A stretch of 64,000 nt of DNA from Candidatus Latescibacterota bacterium (GTDB lineage Bacteria > Latescibacterota > UBA2968 > GCA-2709665). The notes beneath the pieces were generated by a model. The model was not told where the DNA came from. It did no database searches and saw only the letters and a program-made list of their open reading frames with translations. Positions 1-10,400 of the stretch are shown here, one piece after another (the stretch's first letter is position 1; each line of letters opens with the position of its first letter). Location of the stretch: assembly GCA_965222075.1 (NCBI GenBank), contig OZ244937.1:2336001-2400000 (forward strand). The letters are read 5' to 3'. The position numbers and the translations under genes are program-made.

Positions 1-1
1 C

Positions 2-967
2 TTACAAGAAACCCTGGAGCACCGCTACAAACTCGGCTTCTTCGGGGGCAGCGACAGCCACACCGGCCGGCCCGGCGACGACCGTCCGGGCCACCAGCAC
101 CGACGCTACGCCAAGGCGGGACTCGCAGCTGTTTACGCCACCGAGGTGAGCCTGAAAGCCTTCCTGGAAGCCCTGAAGGCCCGCCGCTGCTATGCCACGA
201 CCGGCGCACGGATCGTCCTGCGCACCGAAGCGGACGGCCACCCGATGGGCAGTGAACCCACGACCGACTCCCCTCCCGAGATCTCGGCCTCCGTAATCGG
301 CACCGCGCCCCTGGAATCGGTGGAGCTTTTCCGCGGGTTGGAAAAACGCTACACGCACCCCCTCCAGGCAGCGCCCGCCGGCAACCGGGTGCGCATCCTC
401 TGGGAAGGGGTCAGTCGAAAAAGCAGCTACTCGGGCGTCATCTGGGACGGCAGCCTGAACCTGGCCGGAGGCAAAATCACGGCTGTGGAAAAGCTGCGCT
501 TTGACAGCCCGCGCTCCGACATTGTGGACCGCAGCGAAAGCAGCCTGCGCTGGCACTCGGTAGCCTGCGGGTACCGCAGCGGCGTCATCCTGGACCTGAA
601 TGCGGAACCCGACGCCGAGCTGCAGCTTGCGATCCACACCTCGCTCATTACAGGCCCCACCTACGGCGGCCACGGCGAAATCGGCCCCAGGCGGATGTCC
701 TACGCCCCCGCCGAAAGCGTAAGCTTCAGCGTGAGCCTTCAAGAACTGGCCGAAGAACCCGTGGAAATGGACATCGGCCTCCTCAACCGCAAAGTCACGG
801 TCTCCCTCGCGCCTGAGCAACCCTTAGCGGACACCGCCGAATTCACCTTCACCGACCCCTCGCCCGAGCCGGGCGTGAACCCCTACTGGGTGCGCGTGGT
901 GCAAACCGACATGGAAATGGCCTGGTCCAGCCCCATCTTTGTGGATTACGTATCGTCAGGCGAATAA
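2..967 (+). CDS. DUF3604/PHP-like metallohydrolase, C-terminal part (5' truncated by window)
   Basis: The frame is open from base 2 (LQETLEHRYKLGFFGGSDSHTGRPG...) and continuous with ORF 146-967. It ends in the typical YWVRVVQTDMEMAWSSPIFV tail. Confidence 0.7.
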   Translation, partial: LQETLEHRYKLGFFGGSDSHTGRPGDDRPGHQHRRYAKAGLAAVYATEVSLKAFLEALKARRCYATTGARIVLRTEADGHPMGSEPTTDSPPEISASVIGTAPLESVELFRGLEKRYTHPLQAAPAGNRVRILWEGVSRKSSYSGVIWDGSLNLAGGKITAVEKLRFDSPRSDIVDRSESSLRWHSVACGYRSGVILDLNAEPDAELQLAIHTSLITGPTYGGHGEIGPRRMSYAPAESVSFSVSLQELAEEPVEMDIGLLNRKVTVSLAPEQPLADTAEFTFTDPSPEPGVNPYWVRVVQTDMEMAWSSPIFVDYVSSGE

Positions 968-1037
968 TACAGAACACCATGGCCGCAGGGGCGGGGTTCC
1001 CGCGCCTCTGCAGTGATTTTGTACTGGCGGAAAAACC

Positions 1038-1718
1038 GTGAGCGCCTGCCTCGTCACCTTTGTCAAAAACCCCGTTCCCGGCGCTGTCAAAACGCGCCTG
1101 CAGACCCGCTACACCCCAACACAGGCCGCCGCCCTCTACTGCGCCTTTGTCCTGGACTGCCTGGTCACCTACCGCTTGGTCGCTGCCGACCGTTACGTCG
1201 TCGCCTACGATCCCCCGGATGCGCAGGCCCAGATCAAGCGCCTTGTCGGCCCCGGCTGGGACCTCCATCCGCAGGCCCAAACCGACCTGGGCGGCCGGAT
1301 GGCCGAAGCTTTCGAATGGAGCTTCCGGGAGGGCGCCACCCGCACCGTGCTCCTGGGCACAGACATCCCCACCCTGCCCGCCGAACACGTCCGGCAGGCA
1401 TTGTGCCTGCTCCGCGAAAAAGACCTCGTCCTGGGTCCCGGCACCGACGGCGGCTACTACCTGATCGGCCTGTCTAAACCCTTTCCGGAGGTCTTCCGGG
1501 ACATCGACTGGAGCACCGAGCGGGTACTCGCCCAGACCCTGGATCGCGCCAGCGGCGTCTCCCTGGGCCTCATCCCCCCCTGGTACGACGTAGACACCCC
1601 CGCTGAACTCGACGTCCTCCTGGCCCATGCAAAGGCTCTGGACCTGTCGGGCACCCCGGCAGCCCTGGACCACACGCGGCAGTGCCTGTCAACACTGGAA
1701 GCTCGACCGTCGCAATAA
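1038..1718 (+). CDS. DUF2064/TIGR04282-type glycosyltransferase-like protein
   Basis: Motifs FVKNPVPGAVKTRL, DLGGRM, GTDIP, LGPGTDGGYYLIG, WYDVDTPAEL. Confidence 0.8.
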   Translation: MSACLVTFVKNPVPGAVKTRLQTRYTPTQAAALYCAFVLDCLVTYRLVAADRYVVAYDPPDAQAQIKRLVGPGWDLHPQAQTDLGGRMAEAFEWSFREGATRTVLLGTDIPTLPAEHVRQALCLLREKDLVLGPGTDGGYYLIGLSKPFPEVFRDIDWSTERVLAQTLDRASGVSLGLIPPWYDVDTPAELDVLLAHAKALDLSGTPAALDHTRQCLSTLEARPSQ

Positions 1719-1864
1719 GCTGAGAGGGTAAACCGCTATGGAAACCCACGGATTTGCAGTCACCTCTCTTGAACCCCACATCCAGCACCGGCCGCTCACC
1801 ACACGACCAGCGCGAACAATCACTGGTATGGGATGGTCGAGGCGGTAAAACCATAAGAGTCCAC

Positions 1865-3262
1865 TTGACAGACACGACCCGAAACTTCCGCACCCAGCAC
1901 CCTCAGAACGATCCGGCCGCCACAGGGAAATTCGACCTCTCCCGCCGGATCATCCATCTCGCCCTGCCTTTACTCCTGACCAGACAGCTGGAAAACCTGG
2001 TCGGTTTCGCCGACATCTACATGGTCGGAAAGCTCGGTCCCGAGGCCATCTCCGCCGTGGGCATCTCCCGGCAGCTCGTCATGGTTATCAGCGTCACCAT
2101 GATCGCCGTCACCACAGGCACCTTTGCCATGGTCGCCCAGGCCATCGGCGCCGAATCCCGGGGGGACGCCAGCGCCACCGCCAAGCAATCCATCACCCTG
2201 CTCAGCCTCCTCAGCATCGGCATCAGCCTGTTCGGCCTTGCAGCCGCCCCGGCTTTCCTCGTGGCCCTCAGCCTCAGCACCGAGGTCATTGCCCTGGGCG
2301 TCCCCTACCTGCGGGTTTTCTTCTCGGGCATCGTCCTGATGACACTCAACTTCTCCATCACCAACTGCCTCCACGGCGCCGGCGATACCCGCACGCCATT
2401 CTACATCAGCCTTTTCAACCACACCGTCAAAATCGGTATCAGCTACCTCCTCATCTTCGGCATCTGGGGCTTGCCTCGCCTCGGGGTCACCGGGGCGGCG
2501 TTCGGCGACATCGTCGGCCGCCTCTGCGGCGTCTGCATCGGGTTCTGGGCGCTCTACAGCGGGCGCTTCGGCATCACCCTCCTCCCGGACACATCCTACC
2601 GTCCAAATTGGGCGCTGACCCGCCGCATCCTCAAAATCGGCGTCCCCTCGGCCCTGCAGGGGCTCTTCCGAAACGGCTCCAACCTCGTCTTCGTCAAACT
2701 CGTCGCCCTCACCGCCTCTTCCACAACCGCCGTGGCCGCCTTCTCCATCGGCAACCAGGTGGAGCGCCTCCTCCGCCGCACCTCCCTCGCATTCGGCACC
2801 GCAGCCACCGCCCTGGTTGGCCAGAGCCTCGGCGCAGGCAATCCCGATGCTGCCGAACAACGCGGCTGGACCACCCTGCTCATCGCCGTTCTGTTCACCG
2901 CTGTTCTGGGCATACCCATTGCCCTCTTTGCACAGCCAATCCTGGCCTTCTTCACCGATGCCCCGGACGTCATCCAGATTGGCATCGTCTACCTCTACGC
3001 CGTCATCCTGGCAGAGCCTTTTATGTGCGCCGCCATCACAAGCGGCGGCGGCCTCCGGGGCGCCGGCGACACCCTGCCCGGCCTCTACTACACCCTCATT
3101 GCCCAGTGGCTCATCCGCCTCCCGGCTGCCTACCTCCTCGCCTTCACGCTTGGCTACGACATCATCGGCATCTGGGCCGCGCTCGTCATCTTCAGCGCCC
3201 TCCAGGGCGCCCTCACCGTCCGGAAATTCGGCAAAGGGGAGTGGAAGCAGCGGAAGATCTAA
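1865..3262 (+). CDS. MATE family efflux transporter
   Basis: About 12 hydrophobic segments with GAGDTRTP, LGVTGAA, GQSLGAGN and GAGDT repeats. Start uncertain (TTG 1865 chosen; frame open from 1754). Confidence 0.85.
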   Translation: MTDTTRNFRTQHPQNDPAATGKFDLSRRIIHLALPLLLTRQLENLVGFADIYMVGKLGPEAISAVGISRQLVMVISVTMIAVTTGTFAMVAQAIGAESRGDASATAKQSITLLSLLSIGISLFGLAAAPAFLVALSLSTEVIALGVPYLRVFFSGIVLMTLNFSITNCLHGAGDTRTPFYISLFNHTVKIGISYLLIFGIWGLPRLGVTGAAFGDIVGRLCGVCIGFWALYSGRFGITLLPDTSYRPNWALTRRILKIGVPSALQGLFRNGSNLVFVKLVALTASSTTAVAAFSIGNQVERLLRRTSLAFGTAATALVGQSLGAGNPDAAEQRGWTTLLIAVLFTAVLGIPIALFAQPILAFFTDAPDVIQIGIVYLYAVILAEPFMCAAITSGGGLRGAGDTLPGLYYTLIAQWLIRLPAAYLLAFTLGYDIIGIWAALVIFSALQGALTVRKFGKGEWKQRKI

Positions 3263-3416
3263 AAAACTTGTAAAGCAGGTCTCTTCATCGAAGAAGGTGA
3301 CGCGTCGAAGGGGCAGGCGATAGATCAGGTGAATAAGGATTCTTGATATTATACCTGAGAGTCGTATATTATAGCCGATTCAAAGTCGTCAGGCGCTTGA
3401 CGGATAGGGAAGGCTC

Positions 3417-4268
3417 ATGAGCAGGTTTTGGAATAGCACGGCCGCCAGACAAAAAGACCAGAAACGCCAGTGGCAGGGCATTCTACACGAAATAATCTTT
3501 GAAGCAGACACCCCGGCGGGCAAATGGTTCAATATCATATTGATCGTGAGCATCATGCTGAGCGTCATCGCGGTGATGCTCGACAGTGTAAGCGTCATCA
3601 GAGCAGCACACGGCGATCTCCTCAATTTGGCCGAATGGTTTTTTACCATTCTATTCACAGCAGAGTACCTTTTACGGTTGGTCTGTGTTGGGCGTCCGGT
3701 GCTCTACGCAGCCAGTTTTTTCGGAATCGTGGATCTGATGGCCATCGCCCCGACGTATCTCAGTCTGCTGTTTCCGGGCAGCCACTACCACCTGCTGGCC
3801 ATTCGGCTTCTACGCGTCCTGCGCATCTTCCGTGTCCTCAAACTGGTTCAATATCTCGGTGAGGCCAATCTGCTCATCCAGGTGCTGCGTTCGTGCCGCC
3901 GCAAGATCACCGTATTTCTGTTTACAATCTTGACCCTGGTGGTTATCCTGGGCTCACTCATGTACGTGATCGAAGACGAACAGGACGGGTTTACGAGCAT
4001 ACCCAAAAGTATCTACTGGGCGATCGTGACCCTCACCACCGTAGGCTATGGAGACATATCGCCAAAAACAAATATCGGTCAGGCATTGGCGGCCGTGGTG
4101 ATGCTCCTGGGATACAGTATGATAGTGATCCCAGCAGGGATTGTAACGGCGGAATTTACCCAGGCCCTCACGCGACAGAACATAACATTCCGGGTGTGCG
4201 CCGAATGCAGCGCCGAAGGCCACGACAGTGACGCGGTATACTGTAAACAGTGTGGTACGAAGCTCTAA
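3417..4268 (+). CDS. Voltage-gated-type potassium channel (ion transporter) with C-terminal Cys zinc-ribbon
   Basis: S4-like RLLRVLRIFRVLKL, selectivity filter TTVGYGD, and C-terminal CAEC...CKQC. Confidence 0.9.
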   Translation: MSRFWNSTAARQKDQKRQWQGILHEIIFEADTPAGKWFNIILIVSIMLSVIAVMLDSVSVIRAAHGDLLNLAEWFFTILFTAEYLLRLVCVGRPVLYAASFFGIVDLMAIAPTYLSLLFPGSHYHLLAIRLLRVLRIFRVLKLVQYLGEANLLIQVLRSCRRKITVFLFTILTLVVILGSLMYVIEDEQDGFTSIPKSIYWAIVTLTTVGYGDISPKTNIGQALAAVVMLLGYSMIVIPAGIVTAEFTQALTRQNITFRVCAECSAEGHDSDAVYCKQCGTKL

Positions 4269-4295
4269 CCAGCACAACAGGAGGCCTGACCGCCA

Positions 4296-5300
4296 GTGCC
4301 CAAACGCGTCACCATACCCGTGCTCATCGCCCTTCTCCTTGCGGGCATCGGCTATTTCCGGATGTCCGCTACATCTCCTTCCCAGCAGGCGGCGGCCCTC
4401 TGCATAGAAGGGGATGAGGCCCTGCTCAGAGCGGATGACGAAGGGGCACTGGCCGCTTATCGGAAGGCAAGAGACAAAGATCCCGATAACCCCCAAAGCC
4501 ACCTCGGTATCGCCCGGGTGCAGATCCGGCGCCGGCAGTTTGTCCAGGCTGCACGCACGCTCAGATCGGTGGTCTCCCTGGCGGGGGACGATGCGGAAAC
4601 CTGGATTGCGCTTGCCCGGGTCTTCCGGGATGCCAGAGCTTTCGAGCAGGGCATCTCTGTGTACTCAAAGGCCATTGAACTGGCCCCGGAACAGACCGAA
4701 CTCCTGATCGAACTTGGCAACCTCTACAGCTCGTGGGGGCACAAAGGCCTGCACGAAGTTGAGGCCGAAAAGTGTTATCGCCAGGCAGAGGCCCTGTGGC
4801 CGGACGATCCCCGAATTCACGCCGGCCTGGGGCGTCTCTTTTCCCTCCAGAGCGCTTACGACTCCGCGGCCGTTCGCCTGAGACAGGCCCTCCGACACAA
4901 ACCGGAAGACCCCGAACTCCTCACCGACTTCGCGGAGGTCGCCATCCTTCGGGGAACGCCCCAGAAGGCCCCACCCTACCTCCGGCAGGCCTTAACGGCT
5001 GACCCCTACCACCCCAGGGCCCGCTACTTCCTGGGAAGGACCTACCTGATGGTCGGTCAGAAAGCAGAGGCAGACCGGGAATTCGCCATCTTTAAGCGCC
5101 AAAAAAAGGTGTGGGATCAGATCCAATCCCTGGAAAAATCCGCAGCCGAACGCCCCACCGCCGAAGCCTACCAGATGCTGTCGCACCTCTACGCCCGGAT
5201 GGATCGGGACAGCCTCGCCGCCGAACGCCTCAGACGGGCGACGGCCCTGGACCCGATGGTGACCATCCCGCAGGAAGTAGACCAGACGGGCGCGTTCTAA
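4296..5300 (+). CDS. Membrane-anchored/exported tetratricopeptide-repeat protein
   Basis: N-terminal hydrophobic anchor followed by multiple TPR-like units (YRKARDKDPDN, YSKAIELAPEQ, LRQALTADPYH). Confidence 0.8.
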   Translation: MPKRVTIPVLIALLLAGIGYFRMSATSPSQQAAALCIEGDEALLRADDEGALAAYRKARDKDPDNPQSHLGIARVQIRRRQFVQAARTLRSVVSLAGDDAETWIALARVFRDARAFEQGISVYSKAIELAPEQTELLIELGNLYSSWGHKGLHEVEAEKCYRQAEALWPDDPRIHAGLGRLFSLQSAYDSAAVRLRQALRHKPEDPELLTDFAEVAILRGTPQKAPPYLRQALTADPYHPRARYFLGRTYLMVGQKAEADREFAIFKRQKKVWDQIQSLEKSAAERPTAEAYQMLSHLYARMDRDSLAAERLRRATALDPMVTIPQEVDQTGAF

Positions 5301-5323
5301 TTCCCCAAAAAGACCACAAACAC

Positions 5324-7318
5324 ATGGCGGAAAAGCAAAGGAGCTGGGTTGTAGCAGGCGAAACGATGCCGCAGGAGCGTGGGGTAACGCTTCGGTCAAT
5401 CGCCTTTGGGCTCTGCCTTTCAGTCGCCGTCGGCCTGCTGGGCAACTGGGTCCGCTTCGTCCTGTCCGGGTCCTTCATGTCCTACAGCCACATGCCGATG
5501 GGCAACCTCATCCTCTTCCTGCTGTCCATCCTCATCTGCGCCCCTCTGGCCTGGGGGCTGGGCCGCCGGTTTGTCTTCTCTCCTACCGAGTGGGTCACCA
5601 TCTTCTGCATGGGCTTCATCGGTTCTCTCGGTCCCACCTATGGCAGCAGCGGCGACCTTGTCGGTTTTATGGTCGCCCCCCACTACTTTGCAACCCCCGA
5701 GAACGAGTGGGCTGCGTTTCTCCATCCCTACATGCCCGGCTGGCTGATCCCCAAAAACGAAGGCGACGCAATGGTCTGGTTCTACAAGGGGGTGCCACAG
5801 GGGGCCTCCATCCCCTGGGGCGTCTGGGCCGTCCCCCTCGTCTGGTGGTTCCTCTTTATTTGCGCCGTCGGATTCGCCTGCGTCTGCGTCTCCACCCTCT
5901 TCCACCGGCAGTGGTCCGAGAACGAGAAACTCGTCTACCCTGCCCTGGCCCCCATTGTGGACATGACGACCCGCGTGGGCTCGGGCAAATGGTTTTTCCC
6001 GGAATTTATGCGGGGAAAGGCGTTCTGGGCCGGATTCGGGCTCACCGCCTCCGTCCTCGGGTGGAACATGGTCTCCTGGTTCTACCCGCTCTTTCCCAGC
6101 ATCCCCTTAGGCCCCAAGACCTGGGTCGCTTTCTCGCGTCACGACCCCTCCATCTACATCTTCCTCAGCACGGTCGTCATCTCATTCTCCTATTTCGCTA
6201 CCCTGGAAATCCTCTTCAGCATCTGGTTCTTCGACCTCCTCTTTGTCATCGAAGGGGGTGTCCTGAACCGGCTGGGGCTCAACATCATTTACAAAAACCA
6301 CTACGGAGGCGGGCACTACGCCTGGCAGACGGCCGGCGCCTTCCTTTCCCTGGGCCTCTGGGGAGTCTGGATCGCCCGTCTGCACCTCCGCGGCGTCATC
6401 CAAAAAGCCCTGAATCCCCCAAAATTCGCCCCCGACGGCGGCAATGATCTGCTCTCCTATCGGGCGGCGTTCATCGGCCTGATCGTGAGCTGCCTCTACA
6501 TGGCCGTCTGGCTCGGGCGGGCGGGCCTGGAGGTCAAAGTCATCCTCCTGCTGATCCCGTCCATGCTCCTTGTTTACATCACCCTGGCCAAGTTCGTGGC
6601 CGACTCGGGCCTGATCTACCTCGACCTGCCGACCTCCACGCTGAGGCTCCCCCTGATGGTCCTGGGAGGCGCGAATGCCCTGCAGGCCTCCTCGCACGCG
6701 GTCCTGGGCATCTCATCCCGCATCGTCAGCCACCACAACGGATTCGCAATGCCCGTGATGGCCCACATCAACCGCCTCGGGGAACGTATTTCCAATAACA
6801 AGCGCCGGTTCTTCTGGAGCGTCTGCGCAGCATTCGTCACCGGCCTGGTCACCTCCACGCTCTTCCTCATCTGGCTCGCCTACACCAGAGGGGCCGACAG
6901 CTTCGGTCCCAACTTTCTGATCCAGTACGCAGAACGCGTGGCGCTTGAAAGGGTCGTGACCAACATCAAAGGCGCCAAACCGATCGCATTGACCGACTAC
7001 GGATTCTTCCTCATCGGAGCAGGCGCCATGGCCTGCTTAAACCTGATGCGCTACCGCTTCGTCTGGTGGCCGATTCATCCCATCGGCTTTGCGCTCTCCG
7101 GGAACTATCTGGCCCGGCAGACAAGCTTTACCATCTTCGTCGCATGGCTGCTCAAACTTCTCATGCTCAAACTCGCCGGCGCTGCCTTCTACCGGAAATC
7201 CAGACCCTTTTTCATCGGCCTGCTCATCGGCTACATCCTGGCCGTGGCCGCAGGCGTAATCGTGGACGCCATCTGGTTCCAGCCCCTGGGCCAACAGCAC
7301 CGTCTGGACCCCCTCTGA
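5324..7318 (+). CDS. OPT-like polytopic membrane protein (DUF6785/DUF6784-like), copy 1
   Basis: ~664 aa with many TM segments. Motifs GVTLRSIAFG, RQWSENEKLVYP, WWPIHPIGF, RPFFIGLLIG. ATG 5324 aligns with the N-terminus of paralog 11978. Confidence 0.7.
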   Translation: MAEKQRSWVVAGETMPQERGVTLRSIAFGLCLSVAVGLLGNWVRFVLSGSFMSYSHMPMGNLILFLLSILICAPLAWGLGRRFVFSPTEWVTIFCMGFIGSLGPTYGSSGDLVGFMVAPHYFATPENEWAAFLHPYMPGWLIPKNEGDAMVWFYKGVPQGASIPWGVWAVPLVWWFLFICAVGFACVCVSTLFHRQWSENEKLVYPALAPIVDMTTRVGSGKWFFPEFMRGKAFWAGFGLTASVLGWNMVSWFYPLFPSIPLGPKTWVAFSRHDPSIYIFLSTVVISFSYFATLEILFSIWFFDLLFVIEGGVLNRLGLNIIYKNHYGGGHYAWQTAGAFLSLGLWGVWIARLHLRGVIQKALNPPKFAPDGGNDLLSYRAAFIGLIVSCLYMAVWLGRAGLEVKVILLLIPSMLLVYITLAKFVADSGLIYLDLPTSTLRLPLMVLGGANALQASSHAVLGISSRIVSHHNGFAMPVMAHINRLGERISNNKRRFFWSVCAAFVTGLVTSTLFLIWLAYTRGADSFGPNFLIQYAERVALERVVTNIKGAKPIALTDYGFFLIGAGAMACLNLMRYRFVWWPIHPIGFALSGNYLARQTSFTIFVAWLLKLLMLKLAGAAFYRKSRPFFIGLLIGYILAVAAGVIVDAIWFQPLGQQHRLDPL

Positions 7319-7435
7319 CCTCTGCCTGCCCGTCCCCATCAGGCTCTGGCAGCGTACATTGTTTTCCCTTGATGATTCGCCCTGGATAGGGTAGATTATG
7401 GTCTGTTGAAATCTCCCATCACAGACGGACACTCT

Positions 7436-10400
7436 ATGCGAACAACCTGGAAAAACATCCTGTCCATTACAAGTATTGTCGTCCTCTTTGTGCCCCTTGT
7501 CGTATTCTCTCCCGAGACCGTGACAAAACACCTGGTCAGATGGTTCAACCTTCACCCTCCGGAGGCACCTCCAGAGCACGCCCCCTCCGGCCAGAAGGCG
7601 CTGGCGGCGGCGGTCCGGGCGTCCATCCTGGAAGCCGACATCAAAGCCCACCTCACCCGTCTCACCTCATCAGGCTCCCGCGTCGTGGGATACCCCGGAC
7701 ACGAGGCGGCTTACCACTACATCAAAGACGCCTTCCAACAGATCGGCCTGGAGCAGGTCACCGTGGAAGCCTACGATGTCACCGCTCCCATCGACAAGGG
7801 ATGCAGCCTCAAGATCCTGGGCGATTCCCGTACCATCCCCCTCTATGCGGTCTGGCCAAACCTGGTGCGGACCTCTACGCTGCCGGGCAAGGGGCTTCAG
7901 GCTCCCCTGGTCGACGGGGGTTCCGGAGAGTTCTCGGACTTCAACGGGAAGGACCTCCAGGGCAGTGTGGTGTTGATGTCATTCAACTCCTGGAACCGCT
8001 GGATGAACGCGTCGATGCTGGGCGCCAAAGCGGTCATCTTCGTCGGGCCAGACTCTACGACCACCGCAGAGGCGGAGCAGAAGTTTTTCCAGGTGCCCCT
8101 CAACGTGCCCCGCTTCTGGATTGGCAGGCAGGAGGGCGAGGCGTTGCGTCGTCGTCTGAGTTTGGGGGAGCGGATCGAGGTGGAAGTGAAGGGTCGGATG
8201 GTGTGGGAGAAACACAAGGCGCACAACGTGTTTGGCCGAATAACGGGACGGCATCCCAGGTTGAAGGACGAGATTGTCCTCTTCGACGCCTACTACGACG
8301 CGATGTCTGTGGTTCCCGCGCTGGCGCCTGGTGCGGAGCAGGCCTCGGGTCTGGTCGCCCTGCTCGAACTCGCGGAATATTTGAAAGCCCATCCGCCTGC
8401 CCACACCGTCCTGTTCCTGGCCACGTCTGCGCACCACCTGGGGTTCCGGGGGGTGTGCGACTTTCTGGGTCGCCACGCGCGCAAGGAGGAGCACTTTGCT
8501 CCGCTGATGACCGATCCCATCGACATCCGGCTCTGGGTCTCCCTGGACCTCTCCTCGCACACCGACCAGATCGGCGTCCTGGGCTTCCAGTCCTTCCTCG
8601 CCCCGCTCGGCAGGCTGTTCTCCGAACTCGGCCGGCAACTCGCTCCCGCGCTCGACCTCAACGCCGACGGATCGCTGGTTGATGGCATCACGCCCCCTAC
8701 GGGCATGAGCTGGGACATGTTCATCCCCGGCGAAAACATTAAGACCGATGCCCAGGTCGTCCGAAGCGCGGGCATCCCTGCGCTCGCATTCGTAACCATC
8801 AACGACGGCCGGTTCCGGGTCGACACCCCCTTCGATAGGGTGGGTAGCGTCAACACCTCCAACCTGACAAAACAGATTCAACTCCTCACAGGGGTCTTCA
8901 ACAAGGTCCTCGACGACCCTCGTCTCCTCCTTGGCCAGCCCGCCAACCTGCGGGATGGGATGCGTGCTCTTAAGGGACGCATCCTTACCTTTCCCCGCCG
9001 CAGCCTGGTCCCCGACAAACCGCGCAGCGGGGCCATCGCCGCCCTCCGGATGACCACCGAGAAATCGGTGAAGGGAGTACGCGCCATCTTCTACGATCTC
9101 GCCGACGAAAAGGGAGAAATCTACATCCCCGGCCTGGCCGCGGACAAAGTGGCCTTAGAGGCCTACTACCTGGACCCGGAAACCGGCGAGATCACCTATG
9201 CCCCCAACCGGGGGCCCGCGGCCAGCATCTACAAGCTGGAATTCGGAATGGACAACTGGATCACCCGGGCTACCAGCGTCCTCTTCCCGTGCATAACCAC
9301 CGACTTCTACGAAACCGTCGATCCCCGTCACCTGTCCAGGCTCACCGAACTGAGCGTATACGGCGCAGGAAACACCGCGCCTCAGGAATATGGCTACACC
9401 CTCGGCTACGGCCCCAACGAGCCGGTCGGCGTGGTCTTCACCACACCCGGAGAACGGGTGAAATTAATCATGAGCGCCGGACCCATCGGCATCCGGTTCA
9501 TGCTCCTCAACTCGGACGGCCCCGGAAGCGAACAGGCCGCACGGGGCAGCGGGTTCACCACGCTCACGCACGGGGCCATCACCCACACGGCATTCCAGGC
9601 GGCGATAGACATGTGGACGCTGGACGAGGCGCGCATACGCGAACTGAGGGCCTACGGCATCCAGAACCAGCGCCTCAACGCCCTCCACAAGCAGGCCCGG
9701 AACCACCTCGAACGGGCAGAAGAGGCCCGGCGGAACCTGCGGTGGGACCGTTACACCAAGCACGCCCGGGCCGCGCTGGGCGTGGAGTCCCGGGCCTACC
9801 CGGACGTCAAATCGACCCAGAACGACGTCATCCGGGGCGTCGTCTTCACCATGGCGCTCGTCATCCCCTGCGCCTTTTTTGCCGAGCGGCTGCTGATCAC
9901 GGCCGCCGACATCCGATGGCAGGTCATCTGGTTCGCCCTCATCTTTTCGGCAACCTGGATCGTCCTCTCCATCGTCCACCCCGCCTTCAACCTCTCCAAC
10001 CCCATCGTTATTCTCCTGGCCTTCGTCATTCTATCTTTAGCCATCTTCGTCATCACCCTCGTCTTCTCCCGCTTCAACACCCACATGCGCCAGATCCGCA
10101 CCCGGGGAATGGGCATTCACCACGTGGACGTGGGACGCATCAGCGCCTCCATGGCCGCATTCCAGCTTGGCATCGCCAACATGAAGCGGCGAAAATTCCG
10201 AACCGTGCTCACCTTCTCCACTCTGGTCCTGCTGACCTTCACCGTCCTTTCGTTCACCTCCATCAAAACATCGCTCCGATTTCACCAGACCGCAAGCGAC
10301 CATCCGGGCCTGTATCCGGGCCTGCTCATCCGCAGCAAATTCTGGAGCCCGCTTGAAGAATCGGCCCTCGACTACGCCCGGGCGGACTTCGCCGGCGAGG

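Noticed and set aside
980-1012. GCAGGGGCGGGG..CCGCGCCTCTGC hairpin (and REP-like fragments at 13990 and 61736) as a repeat family
   Set aside because: The copies are too short and dissimilar to define a family from this window.
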